This document shows, piece after piece, positions 1 to 13,024 of a DNA stretch of 30,544 nt. The translations under genes were made by a program, and so were the position numbers. Below the pieces are notes generated by a model that searched no databases, was not told where the DNA came from, and saw only the letters and a list, made by a program, of their open reading frames with translations. This stretch comes from Octopus sinensis (Eukaryota): positions 1 to 30,544 of the forward strand of contig NW_021832459.1 of assembly GCF_006345805.1 (NCBI RefSeq), given 5' to 3'. How positions within the stretch are numbered: the first letter of the stretch is position 1; every line of letters starts with the position of its first letter.

Positions 1-136
1 TCATTATCACCACCACCACCACCAAGTTCTAGTAGTATCACCATTATCACCACCACTGACTACTAGTAATGTCATTATGACCACTACCACCACCACCACC
101 AACAACAACAACCTTATCATCATTATCATCATCATT

Positions 137-555
137 ACCTATTTCTTTACTACCCACAAGTGGCTAAACACAGACGGGACAAACAAAGACAGACAAATGG
201 ATTAAGTCGATTATATCGATCCCAGTGCATAACTGGTACTTAATTTATTGACCCCGAAAGGATGAAAGGCAAAGTCGACCTCGGCGGAATTTGAACTCAG
301 AACGCAGCGGCAGACGAAATACCTATTTCTTTACTGCCCACAAGGGTCTAAACACAGAATGGACAAACAAGGACAGACAAATGGATTAAGTCGATTATAT
401 CGATCCCAGTGCGTAACTGGTACTTAATTTATCGACCCCGAAAGGATGAAAGGCAAAGTCGACCTCAGCGGAATTTGAACTCAGAACGCAGCGGCAGACA
501 AAATACCGCTAAGCATTTCGCTCGGCGTGCTAACGATTCTGCCAGCTCATCGCTT
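137..555 (-). mobile_element. tRNA-derived SINE (family B) with a tandem duplication of its 3' ~184 bp
   Basis: Minus strand begins AAGCGATGAGCTGGCAGAATCGTTAGCAC (A-box-like) and has GAGTTCAAATTCC (B-box-like), then GCCTTTCATCCTTTCGGGGTCGATAAATTAAGTACCAG, which resembles the Meta/MESC-type SINE central domain (recalled, not verified). 137-320 and 321-504 are near-identical. A further tail fragment lies at 19553-19628. Confidence 0.8.
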
Positions 556-654
556 GTATCATCATCATTACCACCACCACTATCTCTATTGCCATCACTA
601 TCACTGCTACCACTGTAGGTAATGTCAACATTAATTCATTTGTCTGTCCTTTAC

Positions 655-1090
655 TTCAAAGCCACAGTCAAACCAATTCTACTATATGGCTCAGAAACCT
701 GGTGTTATCAAAGAAGCTTGAGAGGGGTGGATGGAACCTACACTCGCCTCCTTAGAGAGCTCAAATCTCTCGTGGATGCATCATCCAACCAAAGTACAAA
801 ATATGGGGAAACTACCACCTGTATATCTCTTGTGAAGGTAGGAGATCCAGTTTGCTGGACATTGTTGTAGAGCTGAAAACGAGGTAATTTCTACTCTTCT
901 CCTCTGGAAGCCATCTGCTCGTGATACCAGAGGGCGCACACTCTCCTACCCTACCCTGATGTAATCTCCAGGGATACAGGCATCCAGCAACAGGACCTTC
1001 GTAATGCCATGATGGACCGTGAAGTCTGGCGTAGCATGGTAAATTCCATTGTCTCGACCACGGTCGAACAATGATGATGATGATGATGAT
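655..1090 (+). mobile_element. 5'-truncated, frameshifted RTE-clade LINE 3' end (RT C-terminus plus (GAT)n tail)
   Basis: Translates FKATVKPILLYGSETW...DGTYTRLLR, then in other frames QFAGHCCRAENEVISTLLLWKP...GRTLSYP and DVISRDTG...AMMDREVWRSMV...EQ*, followed by a (GAT)n tail. LLYGSETW, AGH and DR..WR are RTE hallmarks. Confidence 0.88.
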
Positions 1091-1760
1091 TACCTCTGCT
1101 GCCATCGCCATCACCATCACTATCAAAATTACCACTGCAAGTAACATCATCATTATCCTCATCACTACCACCACTACCACCACTGCTATCATCACTACTT
1201 CCATTGCCAAACTCACCACCACCACCACCACCACCACTACTACTACTGCTACTACAACAACAACATCTTCACCACTACAACCACTATTGTCATCACATCA
1301 TCATCACATCTACCACCTATCATTGGAAATGTCATCATGACCACTGCCGGCATTAATACCTGCAGCAACCCCCCCCACCCTGTCACCATGATCAATCATT
1401 ACAAGTGCTGTCATCATCATCATCATCATCATCATCATCACCTGCAGCTATCGTAACCACCAACTCTACTGTCATTATCCTCCTCCTCTTCATCATCATC
1501 ATCATTATCAACTCCATACCCACTGTGCCTAATCATGATTTTGACCTCTATGCCTGTCATACCTCACCATCATTACCACCCACACAACCACCACTACCAC
1601 CTCCACCACCACTATCACCATCATCACCACCACCACCACCACCACTATCGCCATGATCATAGTCACTGCTAGGAGCAGCATCATCATCACTGCCATCACC
1701 ACGTCCACCATGCCTGAGCACCACAACATCCACCATACATCACCTCCACCATCACCACCA
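1091..1760. repeat. Degenerate (CAC)n/(CAT)n/(TAC)n trinucleotide low-complexity tract
   Basis: Mixed ACC/ATC/ACT triplets read directly. Gives spurious poly-T/H/S/V ORFs. A similar tract lies at 1-136. Confidence 0.9.
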
Positions 1761-2790
1761 CCATGTTAACAACCACCACAGGCCACTGCACCCACCCCAC
1801 CACCACCATCATGTTAACAACCACCACAGACCACTGCACCCACCCCAACCACCACCACCACCACCACCATCATCATCAATGCTAGTAGCATCATCAACGC
1901 TCCCACCATACCCATCATGCCTGACCATCACAACCACCAAATCCATCTAACCTCACCTCCAACCATGACAATCACAACCACCACAGACTACTGCACCCAC
2001 AACCACCACCACCACCACCACCACCACCATCATCATCATCAATGCTAATAGCATCATCAACACTCCCACCACACTCACCAAACATCACTACCACCACCAC
2101 CATCACACCACCACCACCACCACCACCACCACCACTACCATCATCATCATCATCAATGCTAATAAGCATCATCAACCCTCCCACCACACTCACCAAACAT
2201 CACTACCACCACCACCATCACACCACCACCACACACCACCACCACCACCACTACCATCATCATCATCATCAATGCTAATAGCATCATCAACACTCCCACC
2301 ACACTCACCAAACATCACTACCACCACACCATCACCACCACCACCACCACCACCACCAATACCAATCATCCATCATCATCAATGCTAAGTAATCATCATC
2401 AACCCTCCACCACACTCACCAAACATAACAACTCCAACACCACCACACACCACCACCACACCACCACCACCACTACCATCTCATCCTCAATGCTCAAAGC
2501 ATCATCAACACTCCACCACACTCACCAACATCACTACCACCACCCACATCACACACACCACCACCACCACACCACCACTACCATCATCATCATCATCAAT
2601 GCTAATAAGCATCATCAACCCTTCCCACCACACTCACCAAACATCACTACCACCACCACCATCACACCACCACCACCACCACCACCACTACCATCATCAT
2701 CATCATCACTGCTAATAGCATCATCAACACTCCCACCACACTCACCAAACATCACCACCACCACCACCACCACTGCACTTCTCCATCACC
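1760..2790. repeat. Cryptic ~110-117 bp minisatellite built on (CAC)/(CAT) repeats
   Basis: Landmark AATGCTAAT(A)AGCATCATCAAC..CCACCACACTCACCAAACATCAC recurs near 1878, 2041, 2154, 2271, 2381, 2489, 2598 and 2708. Confidence 0.8.
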
Positions 2791-3149
2791 ACCATCACCA
2801 AGAGCATCATTCTGTAAATAATATTTTTTCCCCCCCCTTGTAAACATAGGCCTGTTTGTTTATGTATATTCTCACGTGGTGTTTTCATTGTCGTCGCGGT
2901 TTCGTGTACGTTCTATGTATCCGTGTGAATATACGTGTATCTGTGTGTGTGTGTGTGTGGTGTGTGTGTGTGTGTGTTATATTCGTTATGTGTGCTCTTG
3001 TTTATTTTTTAACATTTATAAGTAATAAGCAAAATTAATTACTGAGTTTTAAAGATGAATTTAGTATAAACAAGTCATTTGTTGGCCTGTATGTGGGGTG
3101 GTGGGTGGTGAAGAGAAATAAAGACAAATGCAAAATGTTTTTTTAAAAA

Positions 3150-3257
3150 GATATGTATATATTTAATATATATATATATATATATGTATTTAGATTATAT
3201 ATGGTATATATACGTGTATATATATATATATATATATATGATATATATATGTATGTA

Positions 3258-3303
<46 letters not shown>

Positions 3304-3700
3304 ATATATATATATATAGTATGTATATTTATATGGTATAATATATAGATATGTAGGTATATCTATATGTATGTATATTATATACGTATATATATATTAT
3401 AATAATATGTATATTATATATATATATTATATATATATATGTATGTAATTATATATATATATATATATATATAGATATAATCTATATGTAGTATATATAT
3501 ATATATATAATATATGTTGTATATATATATATATATAGATATATGATGTATATGATATATTATATATATATTATTATCTATATGTTGTATATTATATATA
3601 TATATATTTCATGTATGTATATTATATATATATATATATATTTATATATGCCCAGTTCTATATATATATTTATGTATGTATGTATGTATGTATATATATA
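3150..3700. repeat. (TA)n-rich microsatellite tract
   Basis: Near-continuous TA dinucleotides with TATG interruptions. Confidence 0.95.
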
Positions 3701-4399
3701 TTATTATACACTAGCACAACCTACACATTCATTCACGCATGCACAAACACAAACTGAAAGAAATTAAATAATTTTTTTTTTGTTTTTTGAAATGTCTAAA
3801 ACAAATTTTACAAAAGAATCCCCCCCCATAAAAACTATAAAAAAAAACAAAACAAAAGCAAAAAAAAAAATCAAAATAACCAAGTGTTAAATAAATAATT
3901 AACTACATAAATTAATAAACAGACCTAACTAAAATCAAATCTACATTACTGATGGTTTGCTTTGGTAAATCAGTGTGTGGTGGTGACAGCAGTGGTGGTG
4001 GCCATGGGGGTGGTAAGTGTTTGACTAAGGATTGTTCTCAGTTTTTTTCTCTTTTTGTTTTATTATATTATTATTATTATATTTATTTTTTTCACTTGAG
4101 AAATTTTAATGTCTTTCTGTGAAAGCATTTAGAGGTTTAAAATGGTTTGTTGTTATTTTTTTCCAAATGTCGATTTATGTATGTTTATTTTCTTTTCATT
4201 CATTCATTTCTTTATATTTCGATGTATTTCGTCGGGAGTTTGTGTTGTTGTTGTTGTTGTTGTTGGTGTTGTTGTTGTTAATCTTCATCTTGTGGGTTTT
4301 GTGAACGATGGCAGCTGCAGTATACTCATATTGTAAAGAAATTCATAGAAGCAATACAATTGAGTTTACATACAGGTTCTGTATATGCAATTGTGTAGA

Positions 4400-4494
4400 T
4401 ATAGAAGTGTGTGTGTGTGTGTATGTGTCAAGATCTATGTACTTCATATATATATGTGTTTGCATATGTATGTGCATCGCTGTGTATGTGTGTG

Positions 4495-4537
<43 letters not shown>

Positions 4538-4810
4538 ATAATAATAATGAACTTATTGTATACAATGCTCAAATGCACAAATATATGTATATGTTATATA
4601 CATATTGATATGTGTTTATATATGTGTTGATATACAAAAGTGTGTGCATATATATATATATATATATACGTCTATATATTTATATATCTATATATTATAG
4701 TCACATATATATATGAATATATATACAGTCATAGATATATGATACACACACACACACACACATGTGTATATATATATATATATATATTGTCACATATATA
4801 TATATGTAAG
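4400..4810. repeat. Compound (TG)n/(TA)n/(CA)n microsatellites
   Basis: Read directly from sequence. Confidence 0.85.
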
Positions 4811-5205
4811 TTGAGAGATAGAGAGACTCTTTGTTGGCAAGATATCACATGAACTGTTGCTGCTCTTGATTAATTCCTGACTTGACGCACTGTGTCGCTT
4901 AGCACCACCATTTGGCCCATGGAAGTACTCTCTGTTGCAAATCTCTGGTGCCAAGCTCCTCACTGAATACTTTCAGCCCACCAGTCTTGAAAGGCCTCAG
5001 AAATGCTCCTGGACCCTGTCCTTCTTCATTTGACTGAGCCATTAAGAACCCCCCCCCAAAACAAAAACCCCAAAAAAACCCCAAAAAAACAATAGCACTG
5101 AAATTTAGTGGAGTTGGTAGAGCATCCACTAATGTTCTGGATTCAGGTACCGATTTTCATGCTAGCGAGTTTGATAGAATAGTTACTGCCTAATAAGATA
5201 TTTAC

Positions 5206-5251
5206 CTGTATTTACATAAGCAGTTCCTTAAGTATTGCCAAGTCACAATAA
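5206..5251 (-). other. Candidate 46-nt internal exon of an unidentified gene
   Basis: Minus-strand acceptor ACTTCTTCATTTCAG and donor CAG|GTAAAT. One frame is open (IVTWQYLRNCLCKY). No homology recognised. Confidence 0.3.
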
Positions 5252-5381
5252 CTGAAATGAAGAAGTCAGGTATATGTCTTAGAAAATTAATTAGGACCAG
5301 GTGTGAGAAACAAAATTCGGGAATCCCAAGATGTTGCTATTGATCATTGGCATTAATACTGAAGTGGCAATATATATACGT

Positions 5382-5692
5382 GGAGGCGCAATGGCCCAGT
5401 GGTTAGGGCAGCGGACTCGCGGTCGCAGGATCGCGGTTTCGACTCCCAGACCGGACGTTGTGAGTGTTTTTTGAGCGAAAACACCTAAAGCTCCACAAGG
5501 CTCTGGCAGGGGATGGTGGCGATCCCTGCTGTACTCTTTCGCCACAACTTTCTCTCACCCTTTCTTCTGTTGGCCTGCTCGCTTAGCCAGCGGGGTGGCA
5601 TCATTCGAAGGCTAAAACAATGTGAGGCGCATTGTGACCAGCGATGTGTAGCAACATCTGATGGCCTGGTCAGTCACGGTGATCACGGTGAT
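5382..5692 (+). mobile_element. tRNA-derived SINE (distinct family, apparently full length)
   Basis: Head GGAGGCGCAATGGCCCAGTGGTTAGGGCAGCGGACTCGCGGTCGCAGGATCGCGGTTTCGACTCCC has an A box (TGGCCCAGTGG) and a B-box-like motif. The ~310-bp element ends in CACGGTGAT x2. No tRNA cloverleaf or CCA. Confidence 0.8.
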
Positions 5693-5785
5693 GTATATAT
5701 ATATATATATACATACTCTCTCTCACACACACACACACACACACTGATAGACTCATATACATAGATTACATATATACATATATAA

Positions 5786-5947
5786 GGCACAGGTGTAGCT
5801 GTGTGGTAAGAAGCTTGCTTCCCAACCACATGGTTCTGGGTTCAGTCTCATGGTGTGACACTGTGGGCAAGAGCTTTCTACTATAGCCTCAGGCTGACCA
5901 AAGCCTTTTGAGTGGATTTGGTAGAAGGAAACTGAAAGAAACCCATC

Positions 5948-5990
<43 letters not shown>

Positions 5991-6100
5991 TATGTGTCCC
6001 CCCCCCACCAGTGCTTGACAACCAATGTTGGCGTGTTTACACCCCTGTAACTTAGTGGTTTGACAAAAGCAACCAATAGAATAAATACCTGGCTTACAAA
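5786..6100 (+). mobile_element. CORE-type tRNA-SINE (family A), diverged copy
   Basis: Matches the family-A pattern GGCGCAGGAGTGGCTGTGTGGTAAG...GGTTCAGTCCC...TTGGGCAAGTG...internal (TA)n...GACAACCGATGCTGG seen about ten times in the window. TTGGGCAAGT resembles the MIR/CORE domain. Confidence 0.85.
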
Positions 6101-6714
6101 GTAAAAGATGTATATATTCCTTTACTCGTTTCAGTCATACTGCTATGGTCAATAAACACACACATGCACATGTGTGTGTGTGTGTGTGTGTCTCTCTCTC
6201 TCTCTCTGTCCTGATATTCATCTGGTTGTGAGGCTCTGGTTAAAAAAATCCAGGATTCTAAGAAGTGTGGAGTCAGCTCTTAGCCACTGTTGTTCCTACG
6301 TCGACTCTGATGTGGAGTGTAGCACTTCTCAGAGTCCCAGCTGAGGTTTAACTAACATGTGACGACAGTATACCTGAGGTTGGGGATGCAGAAATACCCT
6401 TGGCTGGTTTCAGGGTCCACAGTAAAAACCACCAGGTGTGAGAGACCCATAGCTGTTGTCACAGCATCCTTCTAGGTAAGAGACACTCCGATATAAAATC
6501 TGCAGTTTCACAAGTATTGGTCATCTTATTTCAGCCTGTTGCTGGGTACTAATCATGGAGAGTACCAATCTCTGTGTGGTACTTGCGTTGTACAAGTGTA
6601 TTCTAATCGCTATAATCCAAAATGCTGTACACATGTCTCATTATAATGACCTCATTTGTTGTTCTGTCTACTGGAAGTCCTGTGGCAATGGAGAAGTGGC
6701 GATGTGTGCAGACT

Positions 6715-6880
6715 TAAGGCACATGGCAACGTACAACTTTCATCTGTCACCTATGGTTTGCTTCAAACCAAGCAGATCCACAATAACGCTGGAATGGTCA
6801 TCTGAGAGATCATGGATAGAAAGTCTAAAATTTATGGACAACAAGGAAGCACAAGGAGACAACAATCATCGGTGAATATT
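6715..6880 (+). pseudogene. Possible highly decayed LINE apurinic-endonuclease N-terminus
   Basis: DLRHMATYN, followed in another frame by Q*RWNG, resembles the ATxN...QExRW.G start of LINE APE domains. Short motifs only. Confidence 0.25.
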
Positions 6881-6892
6881 GAACAATCCTTC

Positions 6893-6914
6893 CATATATA
6901 TATATATTATATAG

Positions 6915-6950
<36 letters not shown>

Positions 6951-6956
6951 TATATA

Positions 6957-6995
<39 letters not shown>

Positions 6996-7205
6996 ATATA
7001 TAATATGTATATATATATATATAATAATATCTATATACTATATATAATATGTATATATATATATATATATATAATATATATACTATATATAATAGTATAT
7101 ATATATATATATTACTATATATATATGTATATAATATATATATATATATATAATATATATACTATATATAATATGTAATATATATATATATACTATATAT
7201 AATGT

Positions 7206-7238
<33 letters not shown>

Positions 7239-7519
7239 CCTATATATAATATGTATATATATATATATATATATATATTACTATATATAATATGTAATAT
7301 ATATATATATATATAATACTATATATAATATGTATATATTATATATATAATATACTATATATAATATGTATATATATTATATATATATATATACTATATA
7401 TAATATGTATATATATATATATATATATATCTATAATAATATGTGATATATATATATATATATATACTATAATAATATGTATATTAATATATTATAGATA
7501 TATATATATACTATATATA

Positions 7520-7559
<40 letters not shown>

Positions 7560-7609
7560 TATATATAATATGTAGATATATATATATATATATATATATA
7601 CTATATATA

Positions 7610-7649
<40 letters not shown>

Positions 7650-8395
7650 TATATATAATATGTATATATCTATATATATATATATAATATATATATAGAT
7701 ACTATATATAATATGTATATATATATAATATATATATAATATATATATATACTATATATAATATGTATATATATATATATATTTTATTTTATTTTATAGA
7801 AGGATTCTACAGGACTGGAACTGTTTCATTCAAAAAAATCATCAGGAGCTAGTAGACAAGAGTTGTTTTGGCATTTATACATTTAGGCATGTTTAAATGG
7901 GTGGTGGTGGGGGACTTTTTTGGGGGTAGGCATGGCGCAAAACTGTCATTATATAATATATATACTATATATAATATGTATATAATATATATATAATATA
8001 TATATAATATATACTATATATAATATGTATACATATAAATATATATATAATATATATATATATAATATATATAATATGTATATATAATATATAATATAAT
8101 AATATATCTAAGATGTATCTATAATATATATATATATAATATATTATATGTATATATAATATATATATATAATATATATATATATTCGTATAATATGGTA
8201 TATATATATAATATGTATTATAGTATGTATATATAATATAATATATATATATAATAATGTAATATATAGTAATATGTATATATATAGTATATATTATATA
8301 TATATAATATGTATATATATATAATATGTATATATATAGTATATATATATATATATATATAGATATATATATATATATATATATAGTATATTTTT
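6893..8395. repeat. Long (TA)n-derived tract with recurring TATACTATATATAATATG units, interrupted at ~7790-7950
   Basis: Read directly. The interruption contains a hammerhead-like motif. Confidence 0.92.
7805..7848 (-). ncRNA. Degenerate type I hammerhead-like motif
   Basis: Minus strand: CTC CTGATGA TTTTTTTGAAT GAAA CAG TTCCAGTC CTG TA GAA. Core, a 4-bp helix III (ACAG/CTGT) and a GUA triplet are intact. Helices I and II are weak. Confidence 0.45.
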
Positions 8396-8926
8396 TGTAT
8401 GTGTGTGTGCTGTGTTTTTTCTGTATATGTATACATGTGAAATGTAAGGTGCAAAAATATTCATAAATAGATGAAGTCATTGGTATGTAAATTCACGTGT
8501 GAATGTATATTTGTTTAGATTTTTATATGCATATACGTATGTAAATTATATGTATGTGCATGCATGCATACATATCTTGAATATATTAAATATATTCACA
8601 CATGTATATATAGGTGTGTGGGCATGTATGTGTGTATGTGCATGTATGTATGTGTGTGTCTGGATGAATATATAGTTGCATACACAGTCACATATATGCA
8701 TATGAATAGACAGTTTCCATACACAGACATATATATATATATATTATATACATATATATATATACATATATACATTTTGTAATTTGGGACATGAAGAGTT
8801 CAGTTTACATTTATTTGCTTCTGAATGACATTTTCAATATTTGGCACAGAATCTTGTGAGCAGCTCATAAATATATGGAAACTGATAAGTTTGAAGGCAG
8901 TGAAAGAGGGTGTTCACTAAGGTGTG

Positions 8927-8958
<32 letters not shown>

Positions 8959-9420
8959 TGTCCGTCCGTGTCCTGTATGTTTGTGCAAAATACAATGATG
9001 TATCATAAATGCAAAACCAGACAACACAAATTGTATCTAACAACTAATGTCAAGTGATAATAAATTACTCCTTACTTACCTAGCAGCTCTGTCTGCCTGT
9101 CTGTCTGTCTCTCACACACACACATTAAATATATATACACACAAAAACATATACACAAAAGAAAATATATATTTAAATATTTACACAAATATATATATAT
9201 ATATATATATACATACACATTAATATATACATACATATAAATACACACACACACATACATACATACATACATATATACATATATACACAATGCATATTTA
9301 TTCATGTATAAACATACATACAAATATATGTATGTTTACACATGAATATATATATGTGTGTGTGTGTGTGTATGTATATATGTAGGCGTACATAAATATA
9401 TACACACACACACACACGTA

Positions 9421-9662
9421 TTGCCACTTTGATATTAATGCCACAAATCTTGCTTTTTAAAGTGACGTATGGTGAAGTACAATATCTTTTTCGTTCACGT
9501 TATAAGGTTGTTTCTTTCTTTTTTCCTTTCTTGCCCTCTCCCCCCCCCCTCTATGTATGCACACGCAAACAGAAAGAGCATTTTAAAGAGAACTTGAAGG
9601 GCATTGTACTTCATATATCACTATAAAAAATAACATTTGGGGCAATAATATTGAAGTGGCAA
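9421..9662. mobile_element. MITE-like element with ~65-bp imperfect terminal inverted repeats, TA-flanked
   Basis: TTGCCACTTTGATATTAATGCC...GAAGTACAAT at left versus the reverse complement of 9600-9662 (TTGCCACTTCAATATTATTGCC...GAAGTACAAT). TA on both sides. A related end lies at ~5335-5372. Confidence 0.55.
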
Positions 9663-10214
9663 TATGCTCGTACATGGATTCGTATATATACATACTGATA
9701 GATTCTGGTATAAACACACACACATATATACAGATACGTGCTTTAACACATACACATGTGTACAAACGAAAGAAACTGCCACTGACCATATTTTGTGAGA
9801 TTTAAATATTTTTATTGACAGTTCAACTTGGAGATACATTATTTGAAGTTTCACTGACATGAGAAATATACTTATCTCTGAATGTTAAATCAGTGACAGC
9901 TTCTATGTAAGGTTTATTGTTGTTATTATATGATGAATGAATCTTATTTTCATTGGCTGGTTCATACCATATGACGGAGTTGGAATGTCTGTGGCTGCTG
10001 GCCAATTCTGAATGGAAGACAATTCTTACACAATGACTTAGAATATTCTTCTTTGCTTTGTAAAAATTGCAGTGAAATTTCAGTTTAAGTTAAAAGCTTC
10101 AGTGAAGCTAAAACTTCAGTGAATTTAAACTTTCAGAAAATTTTCTAGGATGGTATTAAAACAGCTAATAACTTAGGACTGCCTAACAGAATAGTGAAGT
10201 AATGATTTGGTTTA

Positions 10215-10452
10215 CTTACTCTTTTGCTCTCTTTTACTTGTTTCAGTCATTTGGCTGCGGCCATGCTGGAGCACCGCCTTTAATCGAGCAACTCGACCCT
10301 GGGACTTATTCTTTTGTAAGCCCAGCACTTATTCTATCGGTCTCTTTTGCCGAACTGCTAAGTAATGGGGACATAAACACACTTGCTCAAGGGGCCACGC
10401 AGTGGGACTGAACCCGGAATCATGTGGTTGGGAAGCAAGCTTCTTACCACGC
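10215..10452 (-). mobile_element. Family-A SINE with a large internal deletion
   Basis: The 3' tail and tRNA head are present, but the central segment including the internal microsatellite is missing between GTAAACAC and ACTTGC. Confidence 0.85.
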
Positions 10453-10700
10453 AATATTTACTCCACCTACAATATTATTTCAAAATCCCTCTTTCTCTCT
10501 CCCTATCATTTTCTCTTTCTCCTTTTTCCTCTCTACCTCTCCCCCTCTCTCCTTCTCTCTCTCAAGATGGCAGGGTCTGATTTGAGAGAGATGGATTTGG
10601 CTACTATTTCTAATAGGATGAGCAACCAAGTGTAGAAGATGCTGTTGCGAGTATCCCTGCTGTTTGGGACCTCAAGCGTCTTTGCTGCATCCTCATTTAC

Positions 10701-10822
10701 CACTTCTGCCATGGTCAGCTCCTTCCCCACCCCCCACACTGGCCCCTAATGTTATTATAGGCTGATTGCTTTGAACAGCATGAAGTGCTAACTCGTCAAA
10801 GTCAATAATCGTCAGACACCAT
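10701..10822 (-). other. Candidate 122-nt internal coding exon of an unidentified gene
   Basis: Acceptor TTGTATTAACAG and donor G|GTAAAT. Open, high-complexity peptide WCLTIIDFDELALHAVQSNQPIITLGASVGGGEGADHGRS in an island of unique sequence. No homology recognised. Confidence 0.35.
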
Positions 10823-10839
10823 CTGTTAATACAATTTAT

Positions 10840-11550
10840 ATATATGTATGTATGTATATGTATGTATGTATGTATGTACGTATGTATGTATGTATGTACG
10901 TAGGTATGTATGTATTTATTTATGTATGTACGTATGTATGTATATATGTATGTACGTATGTTTCTATGTATGTTTGTCTGTAGGTATGTATGTATGTATG
11001 TTTGTATGTATGTATGTTTGTATGTATGTATGTTTGTATGTTTGTATGTATGTAGGTAGGTATGTATGTACATAGGTATGTATGTATGTATGTATGTATG
11101 TGTGTATGTATATATGTATGTATGTGTGTGTGTATATATGTATGTATGTATATATGTATGTATGTATGTATGCATGTATGTATGTATGCATGTATGTATG
11201 TATGTATGTATGTATGCATGTATGTATGTATGCATGTATGTATATATGTATGTATGTATGTATATATGTATGTATGTATGTATGTATGCATGTATGTATG
11301 TATGTATATGCATATGTGTGTGTGTGTGTATATATATATACATACTATATATATATATAGTATGTATGTATGTATGTATTTATGTATGTATGTATGTATT
11401 TATGTATGTATGTATGTATATATGTATGTATGTAGGTAGGTATGTATGTATGTATGTATGTACGTACGTACGTACGTAGGTATGTATGTATGTATGTATT
11501 TATTTACGTATGTACGTAGGTATGTACGTATGTATGTATGTATGTATGTG
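10840..11550. repeat. (TATG)n tetranucleotide microsatellite
   Basis: About 700 bp of TATG with TACG/TAGG/TTTG variants. Confidence 0.95.
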
Positions 11551-11888
11551 AATACAGGATTTAGCAGCAACTATTTCTTGCTAAGTGAATGAGTAAGCGA
11601 GAGGCTGAGCTGAGTTGAGCTCCTCTTGGTAGAGACAAGCTTCATTTGTTTCAGTTTAATTGCTGGCAACTGGTTTAGCTTCAATTAGGTACTTTGAAAC
11701 TTAATTATAAATATGCTTATCACTTTACTGACAACTGCAGCTGATGCTTTCATTCTTTTACTTTCACTTTCATTTCCACTGTTTCCATATATTACACACA
11801 AGTTGTAGCAGTTCTTTATGTTTAGCCATTGGCCTAGTCTTGATCCAGCAGAAGTAAGATCAAAATTGTTCTGTAATTATTCTTTTAA

Positions 11889-12279
11889 CTAGCAGTATCG
11901 CCCGGTGTTGCTCGGGTTTATAAGGGAAATAACTATATAAGCATTTTTAGAGAGTTATAGCCAAAAAATAGCAAAAAAATGCATTAAAAATGGAAACAAA
12001 ATGATGGTAAATTTTTTTTTAAATCGTTGACTCATCATAGACATTTTTAGAGAATTACTTCCCTTATATAATAGCGAAAAAAATGCATTAAAATGAAAAA
12101 AAATGATGGTCAATTTTTTTTTAAATCGTAGACACGCGCTAATACCCAGAAGGGCTCGATATGAATCACGACTATAAGATACCCGGTTTTGGTTAAACTG
12201 CACCGCAAAATGTGGGAGTAGTTAGGAATCTAAATCGTAGGAGACAGACAGCACACAACCTTACTTTTATATATAAAGA
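11889..12279 (-). mobile_element. Non-autonomous Helitron
   Basis: Minus strand starts A|TC (TCTTTATATATAAAAG) and ends with a GC hairpin (CCCGAGCAACACCGGG) ~9 nt before CTAG|T, so it is inserted in an AT target with no TSD. Contains an internal ~105-bp direct repeat. Confidence 0.85.
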
Positions 12280-12525
12280 TATGTCTCTCTTGGACTACAT
12301 CATATAATGTCTTGCTCTTTCTTTCTTAAGGTTACAGGGAGGCACAGCTCTAAGTTTCACTAATTCAAGGGCTCACACAAAGACTACAGCCTTGGCTTGA
12401 ACAGGTTCTCATTGCTGTGGATCAAGTCCCAGGTCAGTCCAGTAAAGCTGACCTGCAATCAAAGATCCCCTTGCCAGGTTAAGCTCTTCGTTTTCCTATT
12501 TGATGTAGTGTATCTAGATCTATAT

Positions 12526-12744
12526 CAGTGCTTTTCAAACTTTTTGCTGGAGCGGAACCCGAAGGAAATATTCCACTGGCTCGAGGAACCCCTGTGCAAT
12601 AATTTAATAGTCTTATGCACACATATCTGCACAGGAAAATTAAAAATTACTGCCGATTTTAGCAGTTTTGTAACTTCTTGCGGAATCCCTGGACTGTACT
12701 GGCGGAACCCTAAGGTTCCGTGGAACCCTGGTTGAAAACCACTG
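12526..12744. mobile_element. hAT (Charlie-type) MITE
   Basis: TIRs CAGTGCTTTTCAA / TTGAAAACCACTG. Perfect 8-bp TSD ATCTATAT at 12518-12525 and 12745-12752. Subterminal GGAACCC motifs. Confidence 0.92.
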
Positions 12745-13024
12745 ATCTATATTATCAATTCAATGTAGCATTTTACTTCACAAAACATTCTGTTTTCAAG
12801 ATGGATGGATGTGTGATCTGAGGGAAATTTAGCTGTTGTTTCTAGTAGGTTATGCTACTGCATAGAGTCTCCACTCACACATGGGTGGGCTATAACACTG
12901 AATGAGGATGCCCCTGGACATCACTATCTCTCCGACTCATGCCCAATCATAGAAAGCAGATGTGAAATAATGATTATCATGATATAACCCTTCTCACCTT
13001 TATTTGAGGAAGTAATGGAGTTAT

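Noticed and set aside
5382-5460. tRNA gene
   Set aside because: A and B boxes are present but there is no acceptor stem or cloverleaf, and the sequence continues into a SINE body. The same applies to the family A, C and D heads.
6270-6345. HDV-like ribozyme around the hairpin GACTCTGA...TCAGAGTC, upstream of a possible LINE 5' region
   Set aside because: Partial P1/P2/P3-like pairings exist, but the junction lengths and helix order do not fit the nested double pseudoknot. Kept only as a hairpin.
10090-10125. Short hairpin AGCTTCA-G-TGAAGCT and CTTCAGTGAA repeats
   Set aside because: Too short to distinguish from local slippage.
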